A stretch of DNA of 64,000 nucleotides. It comes from an uncultured Gammaproteobacteria bacterium (GTDB lineage: Bacteria > Pseudomonadota > Gammaproteobacteria > Poriferisulfidales > GCA-002705445). The position numbers and the translations under genes were made by a program. The notes beneath the pieces are model-generated. The model saw only the letters and a list, made by a program, of their open reading frames with translations, was not told the origin of the DNA and made no database searches. Positions 10,656-21,321 of this stretch are shown in pieces. Position 1 is the first letter of the stretch; each line of letters begins with the position of its first letter. Location: the NCBI GenBank assembly GCA_913050095.1, contig CAJXAV010000001.1, forward strand, positions 564 through 64,563, given 5' to 3'.

Positions 10656-11345
10656 ATGGAGCAAAAAAATAAAAAAAAAGTATCAGAAAATACATTATTA
10701 AAAAAAGATGTATTAGAGTATTTATCTAAGAATCCAGAATTTATAAATAATAATATAGATTTATTAAATAAAATGTTTGCACTATCGAAAAAAGATGAAA
10801 ATATTATTACTTTTGAAAATATAAGAATTAAATCATTAATAAATGAAAATATATTATTAAAGGATAAGCTTAAAGAAATAGTCAAAACCGCTAAAGATAA
10901 TAAAGAAATCCAAGAAAAATTATCAAAATTTTCTAACGAGGTAATCTCTTTTAGAAAAGTGGATTTATTAATTAATTATATAGAAGAATTTATCGATAGA
11001 GAATTCCCATCTATAAAAATAAATTTTAATCTTATCAAATTAAATGGTTTCAATGACCTTGGTACCAAATATTTCTCGTCAAATAAGGATCTAATAAATA
11101 CAATATTTTTAAAAAAAACTCCTATCTTGTTAACAAAAGCAGAAATTAAATTATATTCATTAGAAAAATTTATAAATAACAAAAACGAAGCATTAGTAGT
11201 TTGTCCTTTAGGAATAGAATACCCAGTCGGTATAATTTTTGTAACATATAAAAGCGAAATGATGGGCTTAAATCTTCAATTTGATTTATTAAGTTCATTG
11301 ACAGAAACAATTTCTTATTCTCTTGAGCAATATATTCAAAGGTAA
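10656..11345 (+). CDS. DUF484 family protein (YigA-like)
   Basis: 229 aa ORF sitting exactly where E. coli yigA sits, between dapF and xerC; the family call rests on position, no motif was identified. Confidence 0.6.
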   Translation: MEQKNKKKVSENTLLKKDVLEYLSKNPEFINNNIDLLNKMFALSKKDENIITFENIRIKSLINENILLKDKLKEIVKTAKDNKEIQEKLSKFSNEVISFRKVDLLINYIEEFIDREFPSIKINFNLIKLNGFNDLGTKYFSSNKDLINTIFLKKTPILLTKAEIKLYSLEKFINNKNEALVVCPLGIEYPVGIIFVTYKSEMMGLNLQFDLLSSLTETISYSLEQYIQR

Positions 11346-11347
11346 CG

Positions 11348-12283
11348 ATGAGTAATCAAAAATTAACAGCTTTACTTGATGACTATATTTTTCATATAGA
11401 TAAAGTTGTAAATTATTCAAATAATACAATCTCGTCTTATAAAAGAGACTTAAATTCTTTTATAATTTACTGCAAAAAAAATAATATTTCAAATCTTAAG
11501 CTGATTGATGAAAAAGTTATAAGAGATTTTGTATCTTATCTTCATAGAAATGGAATTTGTCCTAAGTCCATAAAGAGATATCTATCAAGTATAAGAAGTT
11601 TTTTTAATTTTTTGATAAAAAATAATATTATAAAAAATAATTATGCAGAAAATGTAAAATCTCCAAAATCAGAAAAAAATTTACCTGAGATTCTTCAACA
11701 TGAAGATATTAATCTTTTGGCAGATTCTAAAATAAAAGAAACTAACTTCTATAAAAATAAAGAGTTATTGGTTCGTGATACAGCTATTTTCGAATTATTT
11801 TATTCTTCTGGTTTAAGACTAAGTGAATTAGCAAATATTAGATTTTCAGATATAAATTTTAAGGAGTCCTTATTAAGAGTAGTAGGAAAAGGTAGTAAAA
11901 CTAGGATTGTGCCTGTTGGATCAAAAGCCGTAAAAGCAATTGAATTATGGTCAGAAGTTAGAAAAAAATATTTAATAGATGCAACAGATTTTTTATTTAT
12001 AGGATTGCGAGGAAAAGTTCTTTCACCGAGGAATATACAATTAAGAATGAATATATTAGCAAAGGCGTCAGGGGTTAAACAAAAATTGTATCCGCATAAA
12101 TTAAGGCACACTGTAGCTACCCATTTATTAGAATCTTCAGGTAATATAAGAGCAGTTCAGGAGTTTCTTGGGCATGAGAATATTAGCACTACACAGATAT
12201 ATACACATCTTGACAACCAGTATCTCATGACTGTTTATGATAAAGTACATCCAAGAACGAAGAAAAATTTGAAAAAGGAATGA
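11348..12283 (+). CDS. xerC: tyrosine recombinase XerC
   Basis: 311 aa; tyrosine recombinase catalytic region (HKLRHTVATHLLE...GHENISTTQIYTHL); conserved dapF-yigA-xerC-uvrD context, so a core gene rather than a phage integrase. Confidence 0.85.
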   Translation: MSNQKLTALLDDYIFHIDKVVNYSNNTISSYKRDLNSFIIYCKKNNISNLKLIDEKVIRDFVSYLHRNGICPKSIKRYLSSIRSFFNFLIKNNIIKNNYAENVKSPKSEKNLPEILQHEDINLLADSKIKETNFYKNKELLVRDTAIFELFYSSGLRLSELANIRFSDINFKESLLRVVGKGSKTRIVPVGSKAVKAIELWSEVRKKYLIDATDFLFIGLRGKVLSPRNIQLRMNILAKASGVKQKLYPHKLRHTVATHLLESSGNIRAVQEFLGHENISTTQIYTHLDNQYLMTVYDKVHPRTKKNLKKE

Positions 12284-12286
12284 ACA

Positions 12287-12646
12287 ATGCCAATTGATAT
12301 ACCGATAGAAATAAATTTGCATCAACAATCAGCATATATAACTTTAAAATATTCTGATAGGACGTTTGATTTAGCAGCTGAATATCTCAGAGTTTATTCT
12401 CCGTCAGCTGAAGTAATGGGACATGGTCCAGGACAAGAAAAACTTCAAGTAGGAAAAGAAAATGTTTCGATAAAAGAAATTGTTCCTGTTGGAAATTATG
12501 CCATACAAATAGTTTATGATGATGGACACGATACTGGAATATATTCGTGGGAATATTTGTATGAATTAGGCTGCGAGTATTCAGAAAAATGGACTAATTA
12601 TCTTAAAAGGTTAAAGGAAGCCGGGTATGAACGAGTCGAACAATAA
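12287..12646 (+). CDS. DUF971 (gamma-butyrobetaine hydroxylase-like N-terminal domain) protein
   Basis: 119 aa; a DUF971-like ORF commonly found upstream of ubiE; overlaps the ubiE start by about 20 nt. Confidence 0.65.
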   Translation: MPIDIPIEINLHQQSAYITLKYSDRTFDLAAEYLRVYSPSAEVMGHGPGQEKLQVGKENVSIKEIVPVGNYAIQIVYDDGHDTGIYSWEYLYELGCEYSEKWTNYLKRLKEAGYERVEQ

Positions 12647-13382
12647 AAATAACGCAACTTTTGGATTTAAAAAAGTTACAGAAACTGAAAAAAAAAATTT
12701 AGTAAATAATGTTTTTACTTCAGTAACTGAAAGATATGATTTAATGAATGATTTAATGTCATTTGGTTTGCATAGGATTTGGAAAAAATATTTTATTTTA
12801 TGTTCGCATATTAAAAAAGGTGACAAAGTATTAGATTTAGCCTCTGGCACAGGTGATATTACAAAATTGATAAGCGAAGAAGTAGGAAAGAAAGGCTTAG
12901 TTGTGTCTTGTGATATAAATTATTCAATGTTAAATCAAGGCCGTAATAACCTTATTGACAGTGGTATTTTAGGGAATATTTTTTATGTTCAGTCTGACGC
13001 ACAATTATTATCATTTGAAAATAATAGTTTTGACCATGTCACAATGGCTTTTGGTCTTAGAAATACTGCCAATATTAGTAGTGCATTAGATTCGATATAT
13101 AATGTTTTAAAGCCCGGAGGAACAATACAGGTTTTAGAATTTTCAAAAGCAGAAAAAATTATAGAAAAACCATATGATATTTTTTTAAATAATTTTGTTC
13201 CTTTTTTAGGTAAATATGTTGCAAACGATGAAAATAGTTACAAATATTTAGCTGAATCAATAACAATTCATCCGTCTCAAAAAGATTTAATAAAAAAAAT
13301 GGAAAGTAGTAACTTTAAAAACTGCAAATATAACAACCTCTCATTTGGAGTTGTTTCAATTCATAAAGGGTACAAATTATAA
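12627..13382 (+). CDS. ubiE: ubiquinone/menaquinone C-methyltransferase UbiE
   Basis: 251 aa; SAM-binding motif DLASGTGD and a UbiE-like N-terminus. Confidence 0.9.
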   Translation: MNESNNKNNATFGFKKVTETEKKNLVNNVFTSVTERYDLMNDLMSFGLHRIWKKYFILCSHIKKGDKVLDLASGTGDITKLISEEVGKKGLVVSCDINYSMLNQGRNNLIDSGILGNIFYVQSDAQLLSFENNSFDHVTMAFGLRNTANISSALDSIYNVLKPGGTIQVLEFSKAEKIIEKPYDIFLNNFVPFLGKYVANDENSYKYLAESITIHPSQKDLIKKMESSNFKNCKYNNLSFGVVSIHKGYKL

Positions 13383-13383
13383 A

Positions 13384-13953
13384 ATGATTTTAGAAAAAAT
13401 TAACAAATTGATATCCGATATATTAGAAGTTAGTAACATAAATGAAGAAGATTTTAGATATTTGAATGGTAAAAATATAAATATAGTTTTAAAAAATACT
13501 TCAACAGTTTTATATATAAATATCAATGATGAAAGAATAGTATTAAATGAAGTTAGCTCTTCTGAGCCGGATCTCATACTAGAAGGCAGCCCAATTGCTT
13601 TTATAAATTTTGCAAATGATTCTAGTAAAGATGAAAATATAAAAATCTATGGTCAGGCATCTTTAGCAGAAAGTTTCTCAAAGATTATTTCAAAAGCTAA
13701 TATTAATTGGGAGCAGTTAGTATCAGAATATACAAATGATGAAATCGCATTTTACTCTAAAAAAATATTTGTTTTTTTAAATGAGAAAAAAAATGATTTT
13801 AAAAATAGTTTTATTCGTAATACAAAAGAATATATTAGAGACGAAACAGATATCTTACCATCTAAAGAATCTATTCAAGAACATATTAAAAATGTTGATG
13901 ACCTTAGGAATAGAATTGATTTTTTGGATGCTAAAATTAAAAAAATTAAATAG
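13384..13953 (+). CDS. ubiJ: ubiquinone biosynthesis accessory factor UbiJ (SCP2-domain, YigP-like)
   Basis: Lies between ubiE and ubiB as in E. coli. I prefer the in-frame ATG at 13384 (MILEKINKL...) over the ORF-track start 13345, which overlaps ubiE. Confidence 0.6.
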   Translation: MILEKINKLISDILEVSNINEEDFRYLNGKNINIVLKNTSTVLYININDERIVLNEVSSSEPDLILEGSPIAFINFANDSSKDENIKIYGQASLAESFSKIISKANINWEQLVSEYTNDEIAFYSKKIFVFLNEKKNDFKNSFIRNTKEYIRDETDILPSKESIQEHIKNVDDLRNRIDFLDAKIKKIK

Positions 13954-13965
13954 ATTTAATAAATT

Positions 13966-15498
13966 ATGAAACAAATTTTAAGATTAATAAAAATTTATAT
14001 AGTCATAATGAGGAATTCATTAGACAAAGATATATTTAATTTTAAGTATTTATGGGTATTTAAATTTTTCAGAATTTTATTTCCAAACTTATGGATACGA
14101 AATACTTCTATTTCCAGAGGTGAAAGGATTAAAAATACCTTTGAAGAATTAGGTCCAATATTTGTAAAATTAGGCCAGACAATTTCAACAAGGAAAGATT
14201 TATTGCCCTCTGATATAGCAGAAGAACTCGTTAAGCTTCAAGACAAAGTCAAACCATTTTCTGGTGAAGTAGCCAAAAAAGAAATCGAAGTAGCATTGAG
14301 TGACACTGTTGATAATATTTTTGATGATTTTGATATCAACCCTTTGGCATCAGCGTCAGTTGCTCAGGTGCATTCTGCAAAATTAAATAATAAAGATATA
14401 ATTATCAAAGTATTGAGACCTGGAATAGAAAAACTTATTAAAAACGACATAAATCTAATGTATTTTCTTGCAAATACAATTGACAAATTTTGGGAAGAAT
14501 CAAAAAGATTAAAGCCGAAAGAAATAGTAAGTGAATACGAAAAGGTTATATATGGCGAACTTGATCTTGTTAAAGAAGCTTCAAATGCAAACCTTTTAAG
14601 AAAAAACTTTGAAGAATCAACTTATTTATATGTTCCAGAGATTTATTGGGATTACACAAGACAGAATGTTCTAGTTATGGAAAGAATTTTTGGAATACAA
14701 ATTAGCGATATTAAAGAATTAAATGAAAATCAAATTAATATTAAAAGATTAGCAGAGAAGGGTGTAGAAATATTTTTTACTCAAGTTTTCCAGCACAATT
14801 TTTTTCATGCAGATATGCATCCCGGTAATATCTTTGTTTCATATGAAAATCCAGAAGATCCGAAGTATTGTGCTGTAGATTTTGGGATCATGGGATCTTT
14901 ATCAGAAAGCGATCAAAAATATCTAGCTTTAAATTTTCAAGCTTTCTTTAGAAGAGATTATAAAAAAGTTGCTGAACTGCACGTAGATTCAGGTTGGGTC
15001 GGCGAAAATACCAGAGTTGATGAATTTGAAAACTCAATTCGAAGTGTTTGTGAACCAATATTTGAAAAGCCTTTAAAAGAAATATCGTTTGGAAATTTAT
15101 TACTTAGATTATTTTCGGTTGCAAGGCAATATGATATGAATGTCCAGCCACAGCTCGTACTACTTCAAAAAACACTTCTTAATATTGAAGGTTTAGGAAG
15201 AGATTTGTACCCAGATCTTGATTTATGGGTTACTGCCAAACCTTTTTTTGAGAACTGGGCAAAAAATAATATGAGTTTATCTTCAATAGTAAAAAAAATG
15301 TCAAAAAATAGTACAAAGTTTATAGATGAAATAACTGATTTCCCAGAAACAATGTCTTTAATAAAAAAGAAATTAAAAAATAATGAATCTCAAAAAGAAA
15401 TAAATCAATTAAAGTCACAAATTAAGAACACGCAATTAAAAAATATGATCTTGTTTTTAATACTGGCATTTATGATTTTATTAGAAGCTATCAAATAA
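13966..15498 (+). CDS. ubiB: ubiquinone biosynthesis ABC1-family kinase-like protein UbiB
   Basis: 510 aa; ABC1/ADCK kinase-like motifs (ASASVAQVHSAKL, HADMHPGNIF) and a C-terminal TM segment. Confidence 0.85.
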   Translation: MKQILRLIKIYIVIMRNSLDKDIFNFKYLWVFKFFRILFPNLWIRNTSISRGERIKNTFEELGPIFVKLGQTISTRKDLLPSDIAEELVKLQDKVKPFSGEVAKKEIEVALSDTVDNIFDDFDINPLASASVAQVHSAKLNNKDIIIKVLRPGIEKLIKNDINLMYFLANTIDKFWEESKRLKPKEIVSEYEKVIYGELDLVKEASNANLLRKNFEESTYLYVPEIYWDYTRQNVLVMERIFGIQISDIKELNENQINIKRLAEKGVEIFFTQVFQHNFFHADMHPGNIFVSYENPEDPKYCAVDFGIMGSLSESDQKYLALNFQAFFRRDYKKVAELHVDSGWVGENTRVDEFENSIRSVCEPIFEKPLKEISFGNLLLRLFSVARQYDMNVQPQLVLLQKTLLNIEGLGRDLYPDLDLWVTAKPFFENWAKNNMSLSSIVKKMSKNSTKFIDEITDFPETMSLIKKKLKNNESQKEINQLKSQIKNTQLKNMILFLILAFMILLEAIK

Positions 15499-15500
15499 AG

Positions 15501-17651
15501 ATGAGCCTAGATTATAATCTTAATAACCTTAATGAAGCTCAAAGAGATGCAGTATGCAATTTATCTAAAAATTGTTTAGTGATAGCTGGGGCGGGCAGTG
15601 GTAAAACCAGAGTTTTAATTCAAAGAATATTATGGCTAATAGAAGATAACGATTATTCTCCATTCTCTATATTAGCTGTGACTTTTACAAATAAAGCAGC
15701 AAGAGAAATAAAAACAAGACTATCAGAAAACATTGATAATAATATTGATAGCATGTGGGTAGGAACATTTCATGGTATATGTTACAGAATATTAAGGGCA
15801 AATTATGAAAAAGCTAATCTAGTCAAAAATTTTCAGATTATCGATAGTGATGATCAGGTAAGAATCATCAAAAGAATTATGAAAGATAACGAGATTGATA
15901 ATTCTCAAGTTATTCCAAAACAAGTAGCTTGGTATATTAATAAAAAAAAGGATCAAAGTATTAGGAGTAATAAAACTAAAAACGATGACTTTATAAATAT
16001 TCAATATAATAAAATTTATAAAATATACGAAGAATATTGTAATAATAGTGGTCTTGTAGATTTTGGTGAAATTATTTTAAGAACTTTGGAATTACTAAAA
16101 AACAATGATGAGATAAGAGCGTATTACCATAGATTATTTAAATCTATATTAATCGACGAATTTCAAGATACAAATACAATTCAATATGATCTTATAAAAA
16201 TCTTAACAAGCACGGAAACCTCCATTTTTGCTGTTGGCGACGACGATCAATCTATTTATGGATGGAGAGGAGCTAAGGTTGAAAATATAAAAAAATTGCA
16301 GAAAGATTTTAAGAATACAAATGTATTTAGGCTTGAGCAGAATTATAGATCATCAGGAAATATATTAAATGCAGCTAATAGCATAATAATTAACAATAAT
16401 TCAAGAATGGGAAAAAATTTATGGACAGAGGATAAAAGTGGAGACTTAATAAAAATTTTCTCAGCTAGTGACGAAATTGATGAAGCAGCTTTTGTGGTTG
16501 AAACTATTGAGCAGCATATTTCTGAAAATTACAAGAGAAGTGAAGTAGCAATATTATATCGGTCAAATGCTCAATCTAGAATATTTGAGGAAAAATTCGT
16601 TTCCAAAGGTATCCCATATAAAATTTATGGCGGCTTTAGGTTCTTTGAAAGGGCCGAGATAAAAGATGTGATTGCTTATATGAGACTTGCTACGAGCAAC
16701 GATGACGACAACTCTTTTGAAAGAATTGTAAACACACCACCAAGAGGTATAGGAGAAAAAACAAAAAATTTATTAAGAGAATTTTCAAAAGAAAAAGAAA
16801 TATCTTTATTTAAATCTATACCGTTAGCATTAGAAGAATCAATTCTGAGTAAAAAAGCTGGAGAGTCATTATCAAAATTCTGCAATCTTATAAATATAAT
16901 ATCATCAATTTTAGAAAAAGATGATTTGCCGCATCAAATAAATGAAATAATCAAAGTTTCAAATATAAAGTCAATTTATGAAAAAAATAAAACTGAACAG
17001 TCAAGATCAAAATTAGAAAATTTAGATGAGTTAATTTCTGCTGCTCAGGAGTTTATTAATACTGATTTAGATCAAAATGAGACTATTATTGACGCCTTCT
17101 TAACGCATACATCATTAGAATCAGGAGAAGGACAAGGAAATGAATGGGATGAATGTATACAACTCATGACTCTGCATTCTTCAAAGGGTTTAGAATTTCC
17201 AATTGTTTTTTTGGTTGGGCTGGAAGAAAATTTATTTCCAAGTAGAATGTCAATTGAGGAAGATAATCTAGAAGAAGAAAGAAGACTCTGTTATGTTGGC
17301 ATTACTAGAGCAAGAAAAAAGCTGTATATTTCTCACGCTCAAATGAGAAGACAATATGGAACAGAAAATTATTGTATGCCATCAAGATTTTTAAATGAAA
17401 TTCCCGAAGAAGTTATTGAGGAAATTGGTTATAACCCAAAAAAAATATTTAAAAAAGAAAATTCTATGGTTTATAAAAATATTCGTAATGAAAATAGTAT
17501 AATGGGTAAAAGAGTTTTGCATAAAAAATTTGGAGAAGGGGTGGTGATTTCAACGGAAGGTTCTGATTCTAATACTAGAGTTCAAGTATCTTTTGATAAT
17601 TCAGGTTGCAAATGGCTAATTTTGGCTATAGCAAATTTGGAGATTATTTAA
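15501..17651 (+). CDS. uvrD: DNA helicase II UvrD
   Basis: 716 aa SF1 helicase (GAGSGKTRVL); the UvrD-type C-terminal Tudor-like tail (GKRVLHKKFGEGVVIS...) and position after xerC favour UvrD over Rep. Confidence 0.85.
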   Translation: MSLDYNLNNLNEAQRDAVCNLSKNCLVIAGAGSGKTRVLIQRILWLIEDNDYSPFSILAVTFTNKAAREIKTRLSENIDNNIDSMWVGTFHGICYRILRANYEKANLVKNFQIIDSDDQVRIIKRIMKDNEIDNSQVIPKQVAWYINKKKDQSIRSNKTKNDDFINIQYNKIYKIYEEYCNNSGLVDFGEIILRTLELLKNNDEIRAYYHRLFKSILIDEFQDTNTIQYDLIKILTSTETSIFAVGDDDQSIYGWRGAKVENIKKLQKDFKNTNVFRLEQNYRSSGNILNAANSIIINNNSRMGKNLWTEDKSGDLIKIFSASDEIDEAAFVVETIEQHISENYKRSEVAILYRSNAQSRIFEEKFVSKGIPYKIYGGFRFFERAEIKDVIAYMRLATSNDDDNSFERIVNTPPRGIGEKTKNLLREFSKEKEISLFKSIPLALEESILSKKAGESLSKFCNLINIISSILEKDDLPHQINEIIKVSNIKSIYEKNKTEQSRSKLENLDELISAAQEFINTDLDQNETIIDAFLTHTSLESGEGQGNEWDECIQLMTLHSSKGLEFPIVFLVGLEENLFPSRMSIEEDNLEEERRLCYVGITRARKKLYISHAQMRRQYGTENYCMPSRFLNEIPEEVIEEIGYNPKKIFKKENSMVYKNIRNENSIMGKRVLHKKFGEGVVISTEGSDSNTRVQVSFDNSGCKWLILAIANLEII

Positions 17652-17666
17652 ATAAGTGGTGAAATT

Positions 17667-18743
17667 ATGAAAAGAAGAGATTTTTTTAAAAGTTTTAGTA
17701 GTCTTGCTTTACTAGGTTCACTTCCGCAAGTTGTTAAAGCAACAAAAAATAAACCTGAATATAATTGGAAAATGGTTACAACGTGGCCTAAGAATTTTCC
17801 TGGTTTAGGAACCGGAGCACAATATTTAGCAGACACAATACAAAATTTATCAGGTGGAAGGATAAAAGTCACAGTTTATGGAGCTGGTGAACTAGTTCCC
17901 GCATTTGAGATTTTTGACGCGGTTTCAAGCGGTGTAGCAGAATTAGGCCATGGATCAGCATATTATTGGAAAGGCAAAAACGATACTTTTCAATTCTTTT
18001 CAACTGTGCCTTTTGGGATGACTTCAACCGAAATGAATTCTTGGCTTTACAAAGGTGGTGGAATGGAATTTTGGGAACAAGCATATAGTGATTTTAATTT
18101 AGTTCCTATGGCAGCTGGAAACACTGGTGTTCAAATGGGGGGATGGTTTAATAAAGAAATTAATTCTTTGGAAGATTTAAAGGGTTTAAAAATGAGAATT
18201 CCTGGGCTTGGCGGTGAAGTTTTAAAAAGAGCGGGTGGAACCCCTGTTAATTTACCTGGAGGAGAATTATTTACAGCACTTAAAACAGGGACAATTGATG
18301 CAACAGAATGGGTTAGCCCATACAATGACTTGGCTTTCGGCTTTCACAAGGCTGCTAAGTATTACTATTATCCAGGATGGCATGAGCCGGGAACAACACT
18401 GGAATGCTTTGTAAATAAAAATGCTTTTAGTGGTCTTCCAGAGGATTTACAACAAATTGTTTTAGGGGCAGCAAAGATAGCTAATTTAGATATGCTGTGT
18501 GAATTTATTTCAAAAAATAATGATGCTTTAAATATTTTACAAAATAAACATAAGGTTGATATTAGACCTTATCCAAAAGAAGTGATGCAGGAACTTTATG
18601 AAATTTCCAAGGATGTTGTTATGGAATTATCATTGAAAAATGATTTTGCAAAAAATGTATATAAATCATATACTTCATTTCAAAATAAAACTAAAAACTG
18701 GAATGAAATTTCAATTAAATCTTATTTAAATATTGAAAAATAG
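17667..18743 (+). CDS. TRAP transporter substrate-binding protein, DctP family, with a Tat signal peptide
   Basis: 358 aa; twin-arginine N-terminus MKRRDFFKS; DctP-family conserved blocks (WKMVTTWP..., DLKGLKMRIPG). Confidence 0.75.
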   Translation: MKRRDFFKSFSSLALLGSLPQVVKATKNKPEYNWKMVTTWPKNFPGLGTGAQYLADTIQNLSGGRIKVTVYGAGELVPAFEIFDAVSSGVAELGHGSAYYWKGKNDTFQFFSTVPFGMTSTEMNSWLYKGGGMEFWEQAYSDFNLVPMAAGNTGVQMGGWFNKEINSLEDLKGLKMRIPGLGGEVLKRAGGTPVNLPGGELFTALKTGTIDATEWVSPYNDLAFGFHKAAKYYYYPGWHEPGTTLECFVNKNAFSGLPEDLQQIVLGAAKIANLDMLCEFISKNNDALNILQNKHKVDIRPYPKEVMQELYEISKDVVMELSLKNDFAKNVYKSYTSFQNKTKNWNEISIKSYLNIEK

Positions 18744-18834
18744 AAAGTCTGTACCAAATGCCATTATTAACTTATAATAATGAAAATTTAAATAGATAAT
18801 TTAGAATCTATAGTTATTAAAATGTGGGGAAAAA

Positions 18835-19452
18835 ATGCAAGAATTACTATCAAATCAATGGATTAATTATTCAATTTTGTTGTTAAATGCAATTGTAGCA
18901 GGCCAAATTTTATGGTTTGCAATAAACATCAAATCATCAAAAATATTTCAATATGTTATTTTTACTTTAGGTATGTCTTATGCAATAGCAATAGGCGGTA
19001 TTTTTAAAGCACCTGGTTTCATCTTAAACCCGGAAGTTGAAGTATTTTGGTTATTTGTAAATGCTTTGTTTGGAATGTTTATAATATATTCATTTATAAA
19101 AAATGTAAGTACTCCAGTTCTTTTAAGTTATGCATGTATGGCTTTTGCTTTAATTGGTTCTGTTACTGTATTTACAGGTATATTAGAATTTGGCATGAGG
19201 TATATGCCAACAATTCTCTTTTACACAATATGCATATATTCTGGTGTAGGTTTAATCATATATCAGGTTAAGGTTGCTACAATGCAAAGAATGCAAAAGA
19301 GATTGGGATATATAGCAGCTGGATTAATTTTCACTGTTGTCTGCCTTAATGCTTTTGATACTTATCAGTTGGTAAGAGATACTGCATATACTGATGTTTC
19401 CACAGGTTGGGAAGGCGGTATTACTGAACAACAAGATGAATTAAGTAATTGA
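18835..19452 (+). CDS. hypothetical polytopic membrane protein (5-6 predicted TM helices), function unknown
   Basis: 205 aa ORF with multiple hydrophobic helices and no recognisable motif; it sits between the TRAP binding protein and the convergent dctQM. Confidence 0.5.
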   Translation: MQELLSNQWINYSILLLNAIVAGQILWFAINIKSSKIFQYVIFTLGMSYAIAIGGIFKAPGFILNPEVEVFWLFVNALFGMFIIYSFIKNVSTPVLLSYACMAFALIGSVTVFTGILEFGMRYMPTILFYTICIYSGVGLIIYQVKVATMQRMQKRLGYIAAGLIFTVVCLNAFDTYQLVRDTAYTDVSTGWEGGITEQQDELSN

Positions 19453-19462
19453 TACTTCCTAA

Positions 19463-20821
19463 TTAGTTAAAAATCTTATTTGGTAACCATGTTGTAATTT
19501 CTGGAATAAATATTATCAAAATAATTGTTATTATTTGAATTGCTATAAATGGTATAACTCCTTTGTAAATATCAAACGTATTAATATCTTTAGGTATCAC
19601 ACTTTTTAGATAGAATATTGCAAATCCAAAAGGCGGAGTTAAAAAAGATGTTTGAAGGTTTATAGCAATTAAAATTCCTAACCATATTGGGTCAATTCCC
19701 ATTGACAGTAAAATAGGTGCTACAACCGGTATAACAACGTAAGTTATTTCAATAAAATCTAAAATGAAACCCAATATAAAAATTGCGAACATTACTATTG
19801 CAAGTTTAGTATAAATACTTCCGGGCATATCAGACAACAAATTGTTTATAAAAATATCACCTTCTAGACCACGAAAAACTAAAGAAAAGATTGTGGCTCC
19901 AATAAGCAACACGAAAATCATACTTGTTATTTTTGATGTTTTAATCAAGACATCTTTGATTACAATATAGTTAATTTTTTTGTTTATTGCAGCTAATAAG
20001 GAGGCGCCAATCGCCCCAAAAGAAGATGCTTCAGTTGGTGTAGCAATACCAAATATTATTGAACCCAACACAGTTATTATTAGAAATAACGGTGCATATA
20101 ATGACATAAAAATTTTTGAGCTATTTGGTCTGGTATTTAATTTTATTTCTGGGATAAGATCTTTTCTAAAGTTTGAAATTAATAATATATATATTATATA
20201 GAATCCAACTAAAATTAATCCTGGAAATATTGCCCCAGCAAAAAGATCACCAACTGAAACACTTTCTTGAGAAAATATTCCAAGCATGTTTTGTGCTTCT
20301 TGATAAGAAGAGGATATTACATCACCTAATAAAATTAAAATTATTGATGGAGGAATAATTTGACCAAGAGTACCAGATGCTAGAATAGTCCCTGTAGCAA
20401 TTTTAACATCGTATTTTTGTTTTAACATTGTAGGTAATGATAATAAACCCATAGTGACAACTGTTGCTCCAACTATACCAGTGCTTGCAGCAAGTAGAGC
20501 GCCAACAATAATTACGGATATTCCTAAACCTCCTTTTATATTTTTAAATAATGACGACATTGATTCTAAAAGGTCTTCAGCAATCTTAGATTTTTCAAGC
20601 ATTATGCCCATAAAAATAAACATTGGAATCGCAACGAGAGTTTCATTTGTAATTAGCCCAAAGATTCTACTTGGAAGAGCATAGAGGAGCGTTAAATCAA
20701 AATTACTATTAAGACTACAAGCAAAAGCAAATAAAATAGAAACGCCAGAAAGAGTAAAAGCAACTGGATAGCCTAACATTAGAACAAAAATTACAATTAA
20801 AAAAAGGGATATTGATAGCAT
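19463..20821 (-). CDS. dctM: TRAP transporter large permease DctM
   Basis: 452 aa; highly hydrophobic, 12-TM DctM-like. Confidence 0.85.
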   Translation of the reverse strand: MLSISLFLIVIFVLMLGYPVAFTLSGVSILFAFACSLNSNFDLTLLYALPSRIFGLITNETLVAIPMFIFMGIMLEKSKIAEDLLESMSSLFKNIKGGLGISVIIVGALLAASTGIVGATVVTMGLLSLPTMLKQKYDVKIATGTILASGTLGQIIPPSIILILLGDVISSSYQEAQNMLGIFSQESVSVGDLFAGAIFPGLILVGFYIIYILLISNFRKDLIPEIKLNTRPNSSKIFMSLYAPLFLIITVLGSIIFGIATPTEASSFGAIGASLLAAINKKINYIVIKDVLIKTSKITSMIFVLLIGATIFSLVFRGLEGDIFINNLLSDMPGSIYTKLAIVMFAIFILGFILDFIEITYVVIPVVAPILLSMGIDPIWLGILIAINLQTSFLTPPFGFAIFYLKSVIPKDINTFDIYKGVIPFIAIQIITIILIIFIPEITTWLPNKIFN

Positions 20822-20823
20822 AT

Positions 20824-21321
20824 TTAATATTTCCCTTTAGAGTTTTTAATTAATTCAGATATACCTTGTAATGCTAGGATAGTTGGCAAAATTAATATAT
20901 ATATTTTTAAGACATATAAAATTTGTAATCCACCTGCTTCTTTTGAAGACTCTAAAAGAAAAATAGAAGACGTCACATAGTTAAAGCTAGTAAAAAATAT
21001 TACTAAACAAGTTGGTATTAAAAATAATAATGTTCCGTATAAATCAATAATTTTTTTTTTATTTAAAGAAAATCTATCATAAAAAATATCAATCCTAACA
21101 TGCATATTGTCTTTAAGTGTGAAGCCTGATCCTATAATGAATATAAAAGCATGTAAGTAAATTATAGTTTCTTGGATTGCGATACTTCCAAAGTCTAATG
21201 CATATCTCATAAATGCAACTAAAAAAGTAATTAGAATCATTGGAATTATTAGGTAAGACGATATGGTACCTATTTTTTCGTTAAAAAGATCTATTTTTTC
21301 TGAAATTTTTTTCATCATCAA
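20824..21321 (-). CDS. dctQ: TRAP transporter small permease DctQ
   Basis: 165 aa with 4 TM helices, directly upstream of dctM; its start overlaps the thrB stop. Confidence 0.75.
   Translation of the reverse strand: MMMKKISEKIDLFNEKIGTISSYLIIPMILITFLVAFMRYALDFGSIAIQETIIYLHAFIFIIGSGFTLKDNMHVRIDIFYDRFSLNKKKIIDLYGTLLFLIPTCLVIFFTSFNYVTSSIFLLESSKEAGGLQILYVLKIYILILPTILALQGISELIKNSKGKY

Noticed and set aside
11348-12283. Tyrosine recombinase as a phage or ICE integrase
   Set aside because: It sits in the conserved dapF-yigA-xerC-uvrD chromosomal context and matches XerC, so it is a chromosome-dimer-resolution recombinase, not a mobile element
17667-18743. TRAP-associated binding protein as a TAXI-family or ABC-type binding protein instead of DctP
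   Set aside because: The conserved DctP-family blocks are present and the partner genes are dctQ/dctM-type separate small and large permeases, not a fused TAXI-type permease
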